A stretch of DNA of 64,000 nucleotides from a virus, in the IMG/VR virus record IMGVR_UViG_3300035698_017305, positions 68,814 to 132,813 of that record. One strand, written 5' to 3'. Positions 29,301 to 36,722 of this stretch are shown here, one piece after another (position 1 is the stretch's first letter; the number at the start of each line of letters is the position of its first letter). A program made the translations under genes and the position numbers. The notes beneath the pieces are model-generated. The model was not told the DNA's origin, did not search any database, and saw only the letters and a list, made by a program, of their open reading frames with translations.

Positions 29301-29668
29301 GGCCAGTGACCACCTATAATAACAACTACATGACTTACAACGGGGCATTTGTAGGACAAGCCATCAGTGACGACCTCTCTGAAGCAGATGACGCATTGCA
29401 TAGAAGACTAGTTGTGTTTAGGGTTATAGCTGACGATGATGACAATACCGAACTGCAAGGTAGTCTAGTAGTATCCCTGGACTTGGATGGAACCTATGTG
29501 GATGGGACTGAAACTAAGTACACGGTATGTGCTTTCGTAGCCAACATCACTGGCTTCCCTTATGCTGATGGGGATGAGGAAGTAGCAGCCTTCTTGAGCC
29601 ACGGGGGCCACGAGGTAGATACAAAATCTGAACCGGAGGATGAAGGAAAGGGAGCACTGGGTGAGTAA
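26390..29668 (+). CDS. Putative tail fibre / receptor-binding protein (1092 aa)
   Basis: Follows the fibre-attachment gene; SINRSLNALALNSD helix; hexapeptide repeats DVNAARDVTAGRDVLAEDDVIAGD at about 28273-28347. Confidence 0.6.
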   Translation: MSSATYLRRPFLIGQTTYPYLSYPKIRCQIRRGSGAGLREYAELPGDGGITASMIVEVHPETEDYYVATVDVAVGHTTIDDVVDDINTALGAATQMTDPVTTPVASPATAYERDGYIWIECTVAGGGSHLIIKKPLDVPAREDLTSLLKFPAYPDPLATSTAGDLEDAPPSFLHNDNPNLDVVGNPVGTKLLASHEDLTSQSINRSLNALALNSDLVHAATTAELPLGWKRMQVDCEADGTFYVDIEDRVFVGLPDGFGTPIEGIQAAFRVSQRGYPAPFYIPNSDGREFPGRVVAVTGTAATAPANAVFPMTPSSAEQTGVYFEFDKSSGADGNILGLDFGLQGNHHMGAIGIAEIVNKTTVKLNSTCANGFDVELQSNTEDIDVKPGDIMTVASSGNITPFSNDGDWVVDQVLDDTTVTVKGRRGSRGELNDLGSGALGTVTFSTGGEFYTNPRVWLWPPIYEDAEVDIWYLSADSLNDADAALIGHGEGGHETDYYRQIETLFMDTYHNPHFRQSVEGVALIGSKTKWLHPMEYWFDMEHVGEHGTSNGIDDNADLLTGVYTHHLITPTTIVTKTVYPFGVADEPNEGPKIVVQAAVPETGESDISQIEVLDYDGEVTIGMTGDGDVNAARDVTAGRDVLAEDDVIAGDYVLSTAGRIGCVEDDVHLTFYDKTSGVQDSTNDYIPMTEVDDGILTGPQDNRVPASLVTVINELYRTRTYNKGFRGILQSAMLEDYADTDPVDVGFPAGPYIDGVGTFCYVSVGNSQIEPVWSVGDWVQTRATFDSTVNQGDPDDVQADYEVAQITYVVNFEGRDYLFLSAALPIMEANFILPLQASDQEARVGNILILDDASSNPLHTSFTDWAFIGTGALVYSKYFDWDLQGGAYGAANYLPGGPFGASLSKPYIGKPSTFSDGTDGANPTNGSTDDVDSFSSVDGVHKVGDFFQFYFPSGDGVEAADHPCLHPHVGPVTTYNNNYMTYNGAFVGQAISDDLSEADDALHRRLVVFRVIADDDDNTELQGSLVVSLDLDGTYVDGTETKYTVCAFVANITGFPYADGDEEVAAFLSHGGHEVDTKSEPEDEGKGALGE

Positions 29669-30192
29669 TGAAAAAGAAAACAGCTCACCAACTTCAAGAG
29701 TGGCATGAGGTAGTCTGGCAATCAGAACTGTTGACTGACGCAGACATGGACCGGTGGCCTTACGATGGGGATGCATGGCACCACCCGGAGTGGTCCATTG
29801 AAGAGCGTAGGAAGTATGAGCTAGAAGAAAAGTGGCATACTCTCAAGCTCAAATGGTTAGAGACTATAGGTAGCCAGAAGGTAGTAGCCACCACCCTGGG
29901 TATATTAGCTGGACTGATAGGCGTAATAGTCTACTTCAAGTACGCCGCAGATCCAGACGCAGTGAATGCTGTGATGGCAGCTCTGATACCCAACATACCT
30001 GTGATTGCTTTCATGTGGCTAAGAACCCAGAGCAAGAGGGAGTTCATGAGGACTCCGGCATTCAATGAGATCTTGCTCACTAAGAATGGTGTGGGTAAGA
30101 AGAGGAGGCAGGCGGCACTGACCGGTAAGGGACCTTATGTTCCACCAAAGGCAGGGGCTAATGAAGCTATGTTAAATGAGGAGGGGGACTAA
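29668..30192 (+). CDS. Holin-like membrane protein
   Basis: Two hydrophobic helices (VVATTLGILAGLIGVIVYF; AVMAALIPNIPVIAFMWL) and a basic cytoplasmic tail; located at the end of the late operon. Confidence 0.5.
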   Translation: MKKKTAHQLQEWHEVVWQSELLTDADMDRWPYDGDAWHHPEWSIEERRKYELEEKWHTLKLKWLETIGSQKVVATTLGILAGLIGVIVYFKYAADPDAVNAVMAALIPNIPVIAFMWLRTQSKREFMRTPAFNEILLTKNGVGKKRRQAALTGKGPYVPPKAGANEAMLNEEGD

Positions 30193-31241
30193 TGATCAGG
30201 CTGGCCCCAATCAGGATCAACATCAACACCATATTGATAGTGGTGGCTGTGATAGCTGCCGTTATTGTGGGCGTGTCCCTATGGGGTGAGGTTGAACCTA
30301 AGATCAAGGAGTGGAACACTCTACTTACTCAAGCCAGACAGATCAATCAGAATACAGCTAAGGCATCCACCCACACAGTGTCTAAGGAGGAGTGGGATCA
30401 GAGAGTAGCTGACCTTGACCTAGCTTTCCGTAACTACCTCCAGTCTAACAACGAAGAACTCGTGGACATGATTGACATCACTGGGCTTGTCCCTCAGAAC
30501 GTGGTGCGATGGGCTCCAGGAGATATCAGTAAGAGGTGGTTTTCTAAGAAGCATAACGAGTACCGTGCCTACACTATGAAGTGGGTACTGTCCAAGCCTG
30601 ACGAAGACGACAAGCAGATAGTAATAGGGTACGCCATGTTCCATACCGAGGGTGGTCGAGCCGGTCAATGGACCGTGGGTATCCTACCCTTTAAGATCAA
30701 GTGTAAGATCATCCGGACACAGGTAGATAGTGGTGAGTGGAACTATGTGGTACAGATGTTCCTGGTAGGGTCTGATAAGAAAGGCCCAGAGGAATACCGT
30801 GGGGTTGAGTGGAAGGTTATCCTACCCAAGGATAATGTAGAGGTAATAGTTAACCCTTACGTATGGGCTGACCAACAGACACCTAAGAAGAAGTTCCATT
30901 GGAACGCACACCACATAGGTATGGCAGTAGGTGGGGTGGTAACTGAAGGTGGATATGGTATGGACATAGGTCTCGGCTGGTCTATGCTGGGGTATGGATT
31001 GACTCCTAATGATTTGAAGTTTGAGTTCTTGGAGCTGGGGGTATTGTATGCTCCATACATGAAGCCATGGTCTGACATACTAGGTAATGACATGCCTAGC
31101 AGTTCATTTGGTGTGTACCTAGCCCCGGTGTCGTACAGACCTTTTGATTCGTTTGTTACAAACCTAAGACTACAAGCTCGCCTCCTGTGGATGGCTAACT
31201 ACGGGTTCGGTGGGGCGGTAGGAGTGGAGGTGGATTTCTAA
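30192..31241 (+). CDS. N-terminally anchored envelope protein with a beta-barrel-like C-terminus; spanin candidate
   Basis: Signal-anchor ININTILIVVAVIAAVIVGVSLW, then helices, then amphipathic strands ending GGAVGVEVDF. Confidence 0.45.
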   Translation: MIRLAPIRININTILIVVAVIAAVIVGVSLWGEVEPKIKEWNTLLTQARQINQNTAKASTHTVSKEEWDQRVADLDLAFRNYLQSNNEELVDMIDITGLVPQNVVRWAPGDISKRWFSKKHNEYRAYTMKWVLSKPDEDDKQIVIGYAMFHTEGGRAGQWTVGILPFKIKCKIIRTQVDSGEWNYVVQMFLVGSDKKGPEEYRGVEWKVILPKDNVEVIVNPYVWADQQTPKKKFHWNAHHIGMAVGGVVTEGGYGMDIGLGWSMLGYGLTPNDLKFEFLELGVLYAPYMKPWSDILGNDMPSSSFGVYLAPVSYRPFDSFVTNLRLQARLLWMANYGFGGAVGVEVDF

Positions 31242-31414
31242 TGCCACTATGGGATATGAGTCCGGCTGGGGTGACTAAGCTACCCAACAAGATAATGAAG
31301 CTTGGGAATCGTGTTGTCTCCAAGGTACCTAAAGGTATAACTAAGGTTCTTGAGCTAAAAAAGAAGGTAGATACCAATAGATGGACGAGACCTAAGCTGA
31401 GGAAGAAGCCGTAG
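31241..31414 (+). CDS. Small highly basic protein (57 aa), not in the ORF track
   Basis: TAATG-coupled start; MPLWDMSPAGVTKLPNKIMKLG...RWTRPKLRKKP* ends at TAG 31412-31414. Confidence 0.5.
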   Translation: MPLWDMSPAGVTKLPNKIMKLGNRVVSKVPKGITKVLELKKKVDTNRWTRPKLRKKP

Positions 31415-31432
31415 CTCCTCCCCCAACCTAGC

Positions 31433-31669
31433 TTATATGTCTCTGATATCATGCGCTGCATTGAGTAGCTGCGTTATGATCTTGGTCCGGGCGTCATCTT
31501 CAGTAAGATGTATCAACCCCATGTCTTCTACTGCAAACCTGCGGAGGTCGTCCAGGTCCATCTCCAACAGATCTTCTGCATTGACCCGTATGATGTCCCC
31601 ATCAGGTGGTTTTTTACCATCAGGATACACTTTCTCTTCTCCTTCTGGCTTGGGCCTTCTCTTCTGCAC
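31433..31669 (-). CDS. Small protein with a helix-extension-helix (Rho_N/HeH-like) motif
   Basis: DLLEMDLDDLRRFAVEDMGL...RTKIITQLL. Confidence 0.5.
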   Translation of the reverse strand: MQKRRPKPEGEEKVYPDGKKPPDGDIIRVNAEDLLEMDLDDLRRFAVEDMGLIHLTEDDARTKIITQLLNAAHDIRDI

Positions 31670-31677
31670 CCGACGGG

Positions 31678-32163
31678 CTATTTGGGGTCCTTACCCTTCT
31701 TGGGCATTACCTCCTTCAGACTCTTGATTGGTTCAACGGATGCGCTGATCAGGAACACAAGCCCTGCCTCAATCCTATCATTGGTTTCCTTTACCACCTC
31801 CGTCATTTTGTAGAGAGCGGCGAGCCCTTCTTCCATCACATCCATTCTCTTCATGACATCGTTGATGTCAAGGGGCGGGGGCGCATCTGTTGGCGGGGGG
31901 CCTTTTGGTTTGCGGCTACCACCTTTCTTCTTCGGGGGGTCAGCAGGGGGGGCTCCCTTCTTCGGTTCCTCAGCAGGGGGCTCTGATGTCGCCGCCTCAC
32001 TGCCACCGGGTACTTCAAACCCTGACTCGATCAGGTCTGCGATCAATTGTTCCGATGAGGTCTGCACTGTGCCTACTACAGACTTACCCAATTCACTTTG
32101 GACCACCCGCCTAAGTTCGCTTCTTGTCAATCCCTCTAGAAATTCATTCACTGATTTGCTCAT
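31678..32163 (-). CDS. Hypothetical protein: HeH-like N-terminus, Pro/Lys linker, C-terminal helix
   Basis: LEGLTRSELRRVVQSELG...SSEQLIADL; PPAEEPKKGAPPADPPKKKG. Confidence 0.55.
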   Translation of the reverse strand: MSKSVNEFLEGLTRSELRRVVQSELGKSVVGTVQTSSEQLIADLIESGFEVPGGSEAATSEPPAEEPKKGAPPADPPKKKGGSRKPKGPPPTDAPPPLDINDVMKRMDVMEEGLAALYKMTEVVKETNDRIEAGLVFLISASVEPIKSLKEVMPKKGKDPK

Positions 32164-32366
32164 TTGTGGGAGCCTCCTTCTTTTAGTCCTATGACTACGT
32201 GGTTACCTCCGGTGCCGATAGCAGCCCTCCTAGCATCAACAACGATCCTATCTGCTGCTCGCCACCTTCTACAAGTGTGTGTTAACACGTCGATCTCATC
32301 TAATCTTACTTCTCTACACCGGCCTAGATGATTGCAGGCCACGCAAGAGCTGGGGTCATAACGCAA
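32160..32366 (-). CDS. Small Cys-rich hypothetical protein
   Basis: CVAC...C...C-x2-W pattern; ATGA coupling to the downstream gene. Confidence 0.5.
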   Translation of the reverse strand: MRYDPSSCVACNHLGRCREVRLDEIDVLTHTCRRWRAADRIVVDARRAAIGTGGNHVVIGLKEGGSHK

Positions 32367-32703
32367 AGCCTTCGAACCTTAGGCTACGTAACTCTCCTGC
32401 CACGGTGTTGGTTAGCCACCCATCTGTACCCATCAATTCTTTAAGGCACATGTTTGGGGTGCATCTCGAACGCGCTATATACCGGGCGTGCTCTAGCGCA
32501 TATGCTGCTAGGTCCTCCCTCAACGGGGTCAATGGTGACATTTCCTCCTCTCTTGGTTGTCTCTCCCCTTCCGCTAGTTTCATTAGGGTCTCTGGCGGTA
32601 GCCCTCTCCGGAGATGTACTCCTTCTATCAGCAGAACTAATTGCCTTAGCTCCGTTTCGTTCAGGTCTGTCATCCCTGGAGTCATCGGTATGTATTGGCC
32701 CAT
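32356..32703 (-). CDS. Hypothetical protein (115 aa)
   Basis: In-operon ORF with a GGAG-like RBS upstream. Confidence 0.5.
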   Translation of the reverse strand: MGQYIPMTPGMTDLNETELRQLVLLIEGVHLRRGLPPETLMKLAEGERQPREEEMSPLTPLREDLAAYALEHARYIARSRCTPNMCLKELMGTDGWLTNTVAGELRSLRFEGFAL

Positions 32704-33139
32704 TTAATGCCTCCGCTCTTGCTTTGCAGTCTCCACAGTGGATGAACTCACTTTGACCGCACTCGTTTAGTGTCACTGTCTTAGAACGCTTGCCCCATCG
32801 CAGGGCATTGTGAACATCTCTACCCTCTATGACTCTCTCAGGGAACTCTGCCCTCACATCCCGCATTACATTGCCCATGCGAGTCTCTTCGATTACTATC
32901 ATAGAGTTTCTCATCCACGCGTCGTGAACAGCGGATACAAACGGGCAGTTTACTAGAGTTTTGTACCTTCCTATCTCAAACGACACCTCAAACCTTGCGT
33001 GCTCACACTGGTTACAGTAATCCCTAACCCTGTACAAACAGATAGCTCTGTGTTCAGACCTACCAGTTATAACTACAGACGACCCATCCTTCAGCTTGAC
33101 AGCACACTCCGTCTCAGGGCACCCAACCATGGCATTCAT
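32441..33139 (-). CDS. Cys-rich hypothetical protein; the last ~88 codons overlap the next gene
   Basis: CPETEC, CNQC and CGDC motifs; ATGA coupling to the RusA-like gene upstream. Confidence 0.5.
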   Translation of the reverse strand: MNAMVGCPETECAVKLKDGSSVVITGRSEHRAICLYRVRDYCNQCEHARFEVSFEIGRYKTLVNCPFVSAVHDAWMRNSMIVIEETRMGNVMRDVRAEFPERVIEGRDVHNALRWGKRSKTVTLNECGQSEFIHCGDCKARAEALNGPIHTDDSRDDRPERNGAKAISSADRRSTSPERATARDPNETSGRGETTKRGGNVTIDPVEGGPSSICARARPVYSAFEMHPKHVP

Positions 33140-33582
33140 TCATCGTCCTCCTGTATCACAAGCAGGTCTACCCGGTCCGGGGGATCAGTACGCTTACTGA
33201 GAGAGATGTCGAACGTCATCGAGTCATCAATATTCATAGCATCCCGCAGACAGTCCTCAATTAGTTTCAATCTATTGCTAAGATCGACTCTCTTATAGCG
33301 GGTTTTCGCGCCACCTTTCTTACCGAAGGTCTTGTTCAAAATCCCAGGCATATGGAACACCATATAGATTGTCTGCAACTTAGTGGGATCGAGTCCAATC
33401 AGCTTGGGTAACTGTGTTGGGACTACCTCTGACGAGAACCTCCGTTGGAACTTCTTAGCGTCAGCACTAAGGCGCATGCCTGCAAACCTCTTCTTCCCAT
33501 GAATAAATAGGAACCGTGGCTCATATATCAGGTTAGAGGAGGGGGGCAGGAAGGGTACTGTGAATTCAAGGACGACTTCCAT
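33136..33582 (-). CDS. rusA: RusA-like Holliday junction resolvase
   Basis: PFLPPSSN at the N-terminus; RVDLSNRLKLIEDCL...IDDSM matches RusA DxDNxxKxxxD...DD with D-to-S at the second Asp; start moved to 33582. Confidence 0.75.
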   Translation of the reverse strand: MEVVLEFTVPFLPPSSNLIYEPRFLFIHGKKRFAGMRLSADAKKFQRRFSSEVVPTQLPKLIGLDPTKLQTIYMVFHMPGILNKTFGKKGGAKTRYKRVDLSNRLKLIEDCLRDAMNIDDSMTFDISLSKRTDPPDRVDLLVIQEDDE

Positions 33583-34123
33583 CTGAGAACCTCGAACCTT
33601 TCCTCCGCTGGGCGTTAACTTGCTGGTGCCTCTCCACCTCTTGCCCTCTCCGGGTAATCTCCCTTGATAGAACTCGTCCATTCCTACTGCATATATCCAT
33701 GGCCTTCTCGATAAAGTCACAGTATGCATTGTAGAACAGCAAGTCTCGTTGCTTCTCTAGGTATCTCCTATCTGTTTCAATCAGATCATCTTTGTCAGAC
33801 TCTCCGGCATAGAACTTCCGCAGTGCTGACTTGACTGCCTTGAACTCAGCCTCAAACCGTTTAGCATTAGCCTTAGCCAATGAGGATTCTTGACTGAAGT
33901 AGTCCGCCCACTGGGTAGACTCATTGAACAGGTCCCCCAACTCTTCTGAGGCCACCACCGTTATCTTCTTAGGTAGGCTGCCTGAAAAAGTTGCGTCCGG
34001 GTCTGGCTTTGACATCAATCCTAGCCCCCTCTTCTTCGCTTCCACCAGTACTTGTCGGTCTATATCCCCGAATATCCGACTGATCTCCGTCACATCCGTT
34101 ACTTCGTAGTTTACTAGGGACAT
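33566..34123 (-). CDS. UvsY-like recombination mediator
   Basis: Helical pattern DDLIETDRRYLEKQRDLLFYNAYCDFIEKAM...RVLSREITRR resembles T4 UvsY; close to RecA; AAGGAG RBS. Confidence 0.5.
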   Translation of the reverse strand: MSLVNYEVTDVTEISRIFGDIDRQVLVEAKKRGLGLMSKPDPDATFSGSLPKKITVVASEELGDLFNESTQWADYFSQESSLAKANAKRFEAEFKAVKSALRKFYAGESDKDDLIETDRRYLEKQRDLLFYNAYCDFIEKAMDICSRNGRVLSREITRRGQEVERHQQVNAQRRKGSRFSDGSRP

Positions 34124-34940
34124 TCACATTCTCCTTCGACCTTTCCATTAGTTCATCTGGTGATCGTTCTGTGCGGCACACCTCAAAGTATGGGCACCGC
34201 CTACACTCGTAAGCTCCCTGGTCTTCGGCTATACGAGGAGGCATATCACCTATGTCTGCTATCTCTTTGACGTAGTTGATCTTGTTCTGGAACTGTTCCC
34301 ACATCTCCGGGTCTAGCAGACAGTTGAACGCCTTCATCCATCCTCTGTTTCTGTTGTAGTACAGGATCACAAACGCATCCTGACCTAACAGGTGTGAGTA
34401 TGCGTTCTGCTGCATGATATGTTTACGCTGTGGTTTGTTAGTCTTCTTGTACCCATCATCACCGATGCTCTTGATTTCTATCCCGATACGGATAGGCTCA
34501 CTCTCACCCGTGGGTATGTCAAACTTCCTCTCCACATCAGCACTGCCCACGACACATAGTTCCTCATTGAATACCGACACTTCTATCTGGCATTGGTCTC
34601 CCCACATCTCAAGCATGTATGCTTGCAGCATTTCGTGGAGCTGAGTACCTTCGTCCATGATCTTCAGGTCGTGGTGGGTGTGCTGTTGAACCTTCTTCTC
34701 ACCCATGAACGAGAAGTAGATGCGCCTATCACATTTGAACTGAGCGATCTCTGAGGGGTGGAACACGTTGTTCTTTCTCTCTTCCCAGTGTAAGACCTTG
34801 AACAGGTTCTTCTTCATTTTCCACAACTCAATGTCATTATTCTCAGACCTCCACCTATTTATCTCCTCGGGGACATCTAAGAACTGCATGATGGTGTACA
34901 GCTCTGTTAACCGTTGGGTATACCCCTCTCTGTCAGCCAT
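33969..34940 (-). CDS. Cas4/AddB-like PD-(D/E)XK exonuclease with four putative Fe-S cysteines
   Basis: HPSEIAQFKCDR, GTQLHE, GSAD, IEIKS, QQNAY and CRRCPYFEVC motifs. Confidence 0.8.
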   Translation of the reverse strand: MADREGYTQRLTELYTIMQFLDVPEEINRWRSENNDIELWKMKKNLFKVLHWEERKNNVFHPSEIAQFKCDRRIYFSFMGEKKVQQHTHHDLKIMDEGTQLHEMLQAYMLEMWGDQCQIEVSVFNEELCVVGSADVERKFDIPTGESEPIRIGIEIKSIGDDGYKKTNKPQRKHIMQQNAYSHLLGQDAFVILYYNRNRGWMKAFNCLLDPEMWEQFQNKINYVKEIADIGDMPPRIAEDQGAYECRRCPYFEVCRTERSPDELMERSKENVNVPSKLRSNGCDGDQSDIRGYRPTSTGGSEEEGARIDVKARPGRNFFRQPT

Positions 34941-35373
34941 GTGTAGCCGCCTCCCTCAATTCCATGTAGTCATCCCACCTCAGTATGGCGTAAGATTCTT
35001 TCACGGTTTTGAATTCTATCTGGAACACGGGCATCTCTTTGCCACTGCTTTCCAGCTCCACTTTCTTTAGGTCCGACTGCTTGAGTGTGTACTGCTTGGA
35101 CTCAGTGTACTTACACTCAACGCGCTCCTTACCTTGTACAAGAACATCTCCCTTGAACCCCGGTATTGCGCCAGACCCTGGCTGAGCCCGACCCCCCATC
35201 GCTTTTGCGGTTGCCCGCTCCTGCTTCTGAGATTTCTTCTTACGCTCTTTCCTAGACTTATCAGGCCAAACGTAGAATATATTCCCGCACTCCCCGCATA
35301 CGTATTTGTTACCACCTTGTGGGTCTCCTTCCTCTCCGCATTCACAGAGAATTATATCAGGTGTAGTTGACAT
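34933..35373 (-). CDS. Hjc-like PD-(D/E)XK Holliday junction resolvase with an N-terminal Zn ribbon
   Basis: QERATAKAMGG...PGSGA...KGDV...VECKYT; CECG...CGECG; start moved to 35373. Confidence 0.65.
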   Translation of the reverse strand: MSTTPDIILCECGEEGDPQGGNKYVCGECGNIFYVWPDKSRKERKKKSQKQERATAKAMGGRAQPGSGAIPGFKGDVLVQGKERVECKYTESKQYTLKQSDLKKVELESSGKEMPVFQIEFKTVKESYAILRWDDYMELREAATHG

Positions 35374-36577
35374 GGATGCCTCTTCGATAGAACACCCTGT
35401 TTCTGATGGTGTGTTGGAGTTCAGGCCAACCATCACGTAGGGTCTCTACTACTGCGTCTCTACCTTGCACCCGGAATATGTTGGGTCCTCCATCATCCTC
35501 AGGGTCCTCCGTCAGAGTCTCTGGGAGGGAATACCATGCTCCAGCTTGGTGGAACACCCCTGCATCCTTAGCTGCATCAAACCCAGCCACCACGTCATCT
35601 ATACCGGTGTCGAAGTAATAGTCATAGGTACCTTTGTGGCCTTCATGAGAGCCATGCTTAGCTTTGAGAATCTCCCAAGCTATGACCTTACCTATTTTCT
35701 TATCACCCTTCTTGATAGGACCCGCCACTCTCAACATGATGTCGATGGACTTAGCATGCTTCATAGCCCATCCACCCTGGGCTTTCCATGTAGGTGCTCC
35801 AGGGGACTGCCAACCAGTGGCTATCTTCTCCCTCATCTGATTTATACCGATGAAGGTGGTGGTGTTAGGTACCCCCTTGGAGTCCTCAGATAAGAACGCC
35901 GAGTTCAACCTACTCATGAAGTCAGAGTACACCTTAGATGCCCCACCGATAGTGGAGGAGGTGCCCACAGCAGATTCTTTGTCATCAACCCTGACGTATG
36001 AAGCCAGGGAGTCGAACACTCCTACTTGGAAGCTGTTACTCTCAACCGCAGCTATGGTACCTGTAAGCAGATCCTCTAGGCCAGTCTTGGGTGTCAGGTA
36101 TACGAATCCACCTATCTGTTTGAGCAGGTACTCAGTTTCCTCTGCATCCAGTTGGTCTATACCATGGGCTCTCTTCCAGGACTCGATATCGTTTGAGTCA
36201 AACTCTATCTGGAACCCCAGCTTCTTACCAAAGCCCTTGTCGTAGGGGGATTCAGTGCTTACCCAGAAGGTGTTGCTGTCTTCCCCGTACAGTTGCTGTG
36301 TCTGTGCCAGAACCTTGTTACACAGAGCCGTCTTACCCGCTCCATCACCCCCTATAATCTGGACGAAGGTACCAGCGGGGAGGCCCCCGTTGATCACTGC
36401 ATCCAGACACAGTATTCCAGTGGGCCTGCGAAGGGTTAGTGAAGGGACAGAGAACTGATCTGCTGTCCTAACATTCACTCCCTTCAGACTTCTACTGAGT
36501 GAGTCCGCAAAAGCCTTAGCCTGAGCTCTACCATTCTTAGAAGCTGGTGCGGCTTCCACACTATTCTTTCTTGCCAT
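35357..36577 (-). CDS. recA: RecA/UvsX recombinase
   Basis: PTGILCLDAVINGGLP, Walker A GGDGAGKT, VFDSLAS, FIGINQMREKI, GGWAMKH; start moved to 36577. Confidence 0.92.
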   Translation of the reverse strand: MARKNSVEAAPASKNGRAQAKAFADSLSRSLKGVNVRTADQFSVPSLTLRRPTGILCLDAVINGGLPAGTFVQIIGGDGAGKTALCNKVLAQTQQLYGEDSNTFWVSTESPYDKGFGKKLGFQIEFDSNDIESWKRAHGIDQLDAEETEYLLKQIGGFVYLTPKTGLEDLLTGTIAAVESNSFQVGVFDSLASYVRVDDKESAVGTSSTIGGASKVYSDFMSRLNSAFLSEDSKGVPNTTTFIGINQMREKIATGWQSPGAPTWKAQGGWAMKHAKSIDIMLRVAGPIKKGDKKIGKVIAWEILKAKHGSHEGHKGTYDYYFDTGIDDVVAGFDAAKDAGVFHQAGAWYSLPETLTEDPEDDGGPNIFRVQGRDAVVETLRDGWPELQHTIRNRVFYRRGIHVNYT

Positions 36578-36719
36578 CGTCTTTCCTCGTCTCAAAAGGT
36601 TCGGTACCCTCAGCATCTGTCTTAGGAACGTTAGCGTTGGGGTCCACCTTTGCTTTTGTATCTTTCTTCTTCACTTCTTCCGGTGTCTTAGGGTCGGTCA
36701 CCACACCATACTTCTCCAT
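36561..36719 (-). CDS. Small charged protein (52 aa), not in the ORF track
   Basis: MEKYGVVTDPKT...DPNANVPKTDAEGTEPFETRKDDGKKE* fills the gap between neighbours; AAGGAG RBS upstream. Confidence 0.55.
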   Translation of the reverse strand: MEKYGVVTDPKTPEEVKKKDTKAKVDPNANVPKTDAEGTEPFETRKDDGKKE

Positions 36720-36722
36720 TGG

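Noticed and set aside
530-31241. Contractile injection system (eCIS/T6SS/tailocin) in a bacterial chromosome rather than a phage
   Set aside because: A portal, a full replication module and a dedicated RNAP are linked to the tail genes, and there are no housekeeping genes. This fits a phage genome.
31415-31432. Intrinsic terminator at the convergence of the late and replication operons
   Set aside because: Only a 4-bp AGCT pairing and no U-tract on either strand.
33969-34123. Long 3' overlaps (Cas4-like into UvsY-like; 32441-33139 into 32356-32703; 54681-54935 into 54350-54787) as programmed recoding or overprinting
   Set aside because: No slippery sites are shared, and the overlapping tails look like off-frame low-information sequence. 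Chance stop-codon loss is enough to explain them.
33969-34940. Cas4-like gene as evidence of a CRISPR-Cas system
   Set aside because: No repeat-spacer array, cas1/cas2 or effector genes are in the window; solo Cas4-like nucleases are common in phage recombination modules.
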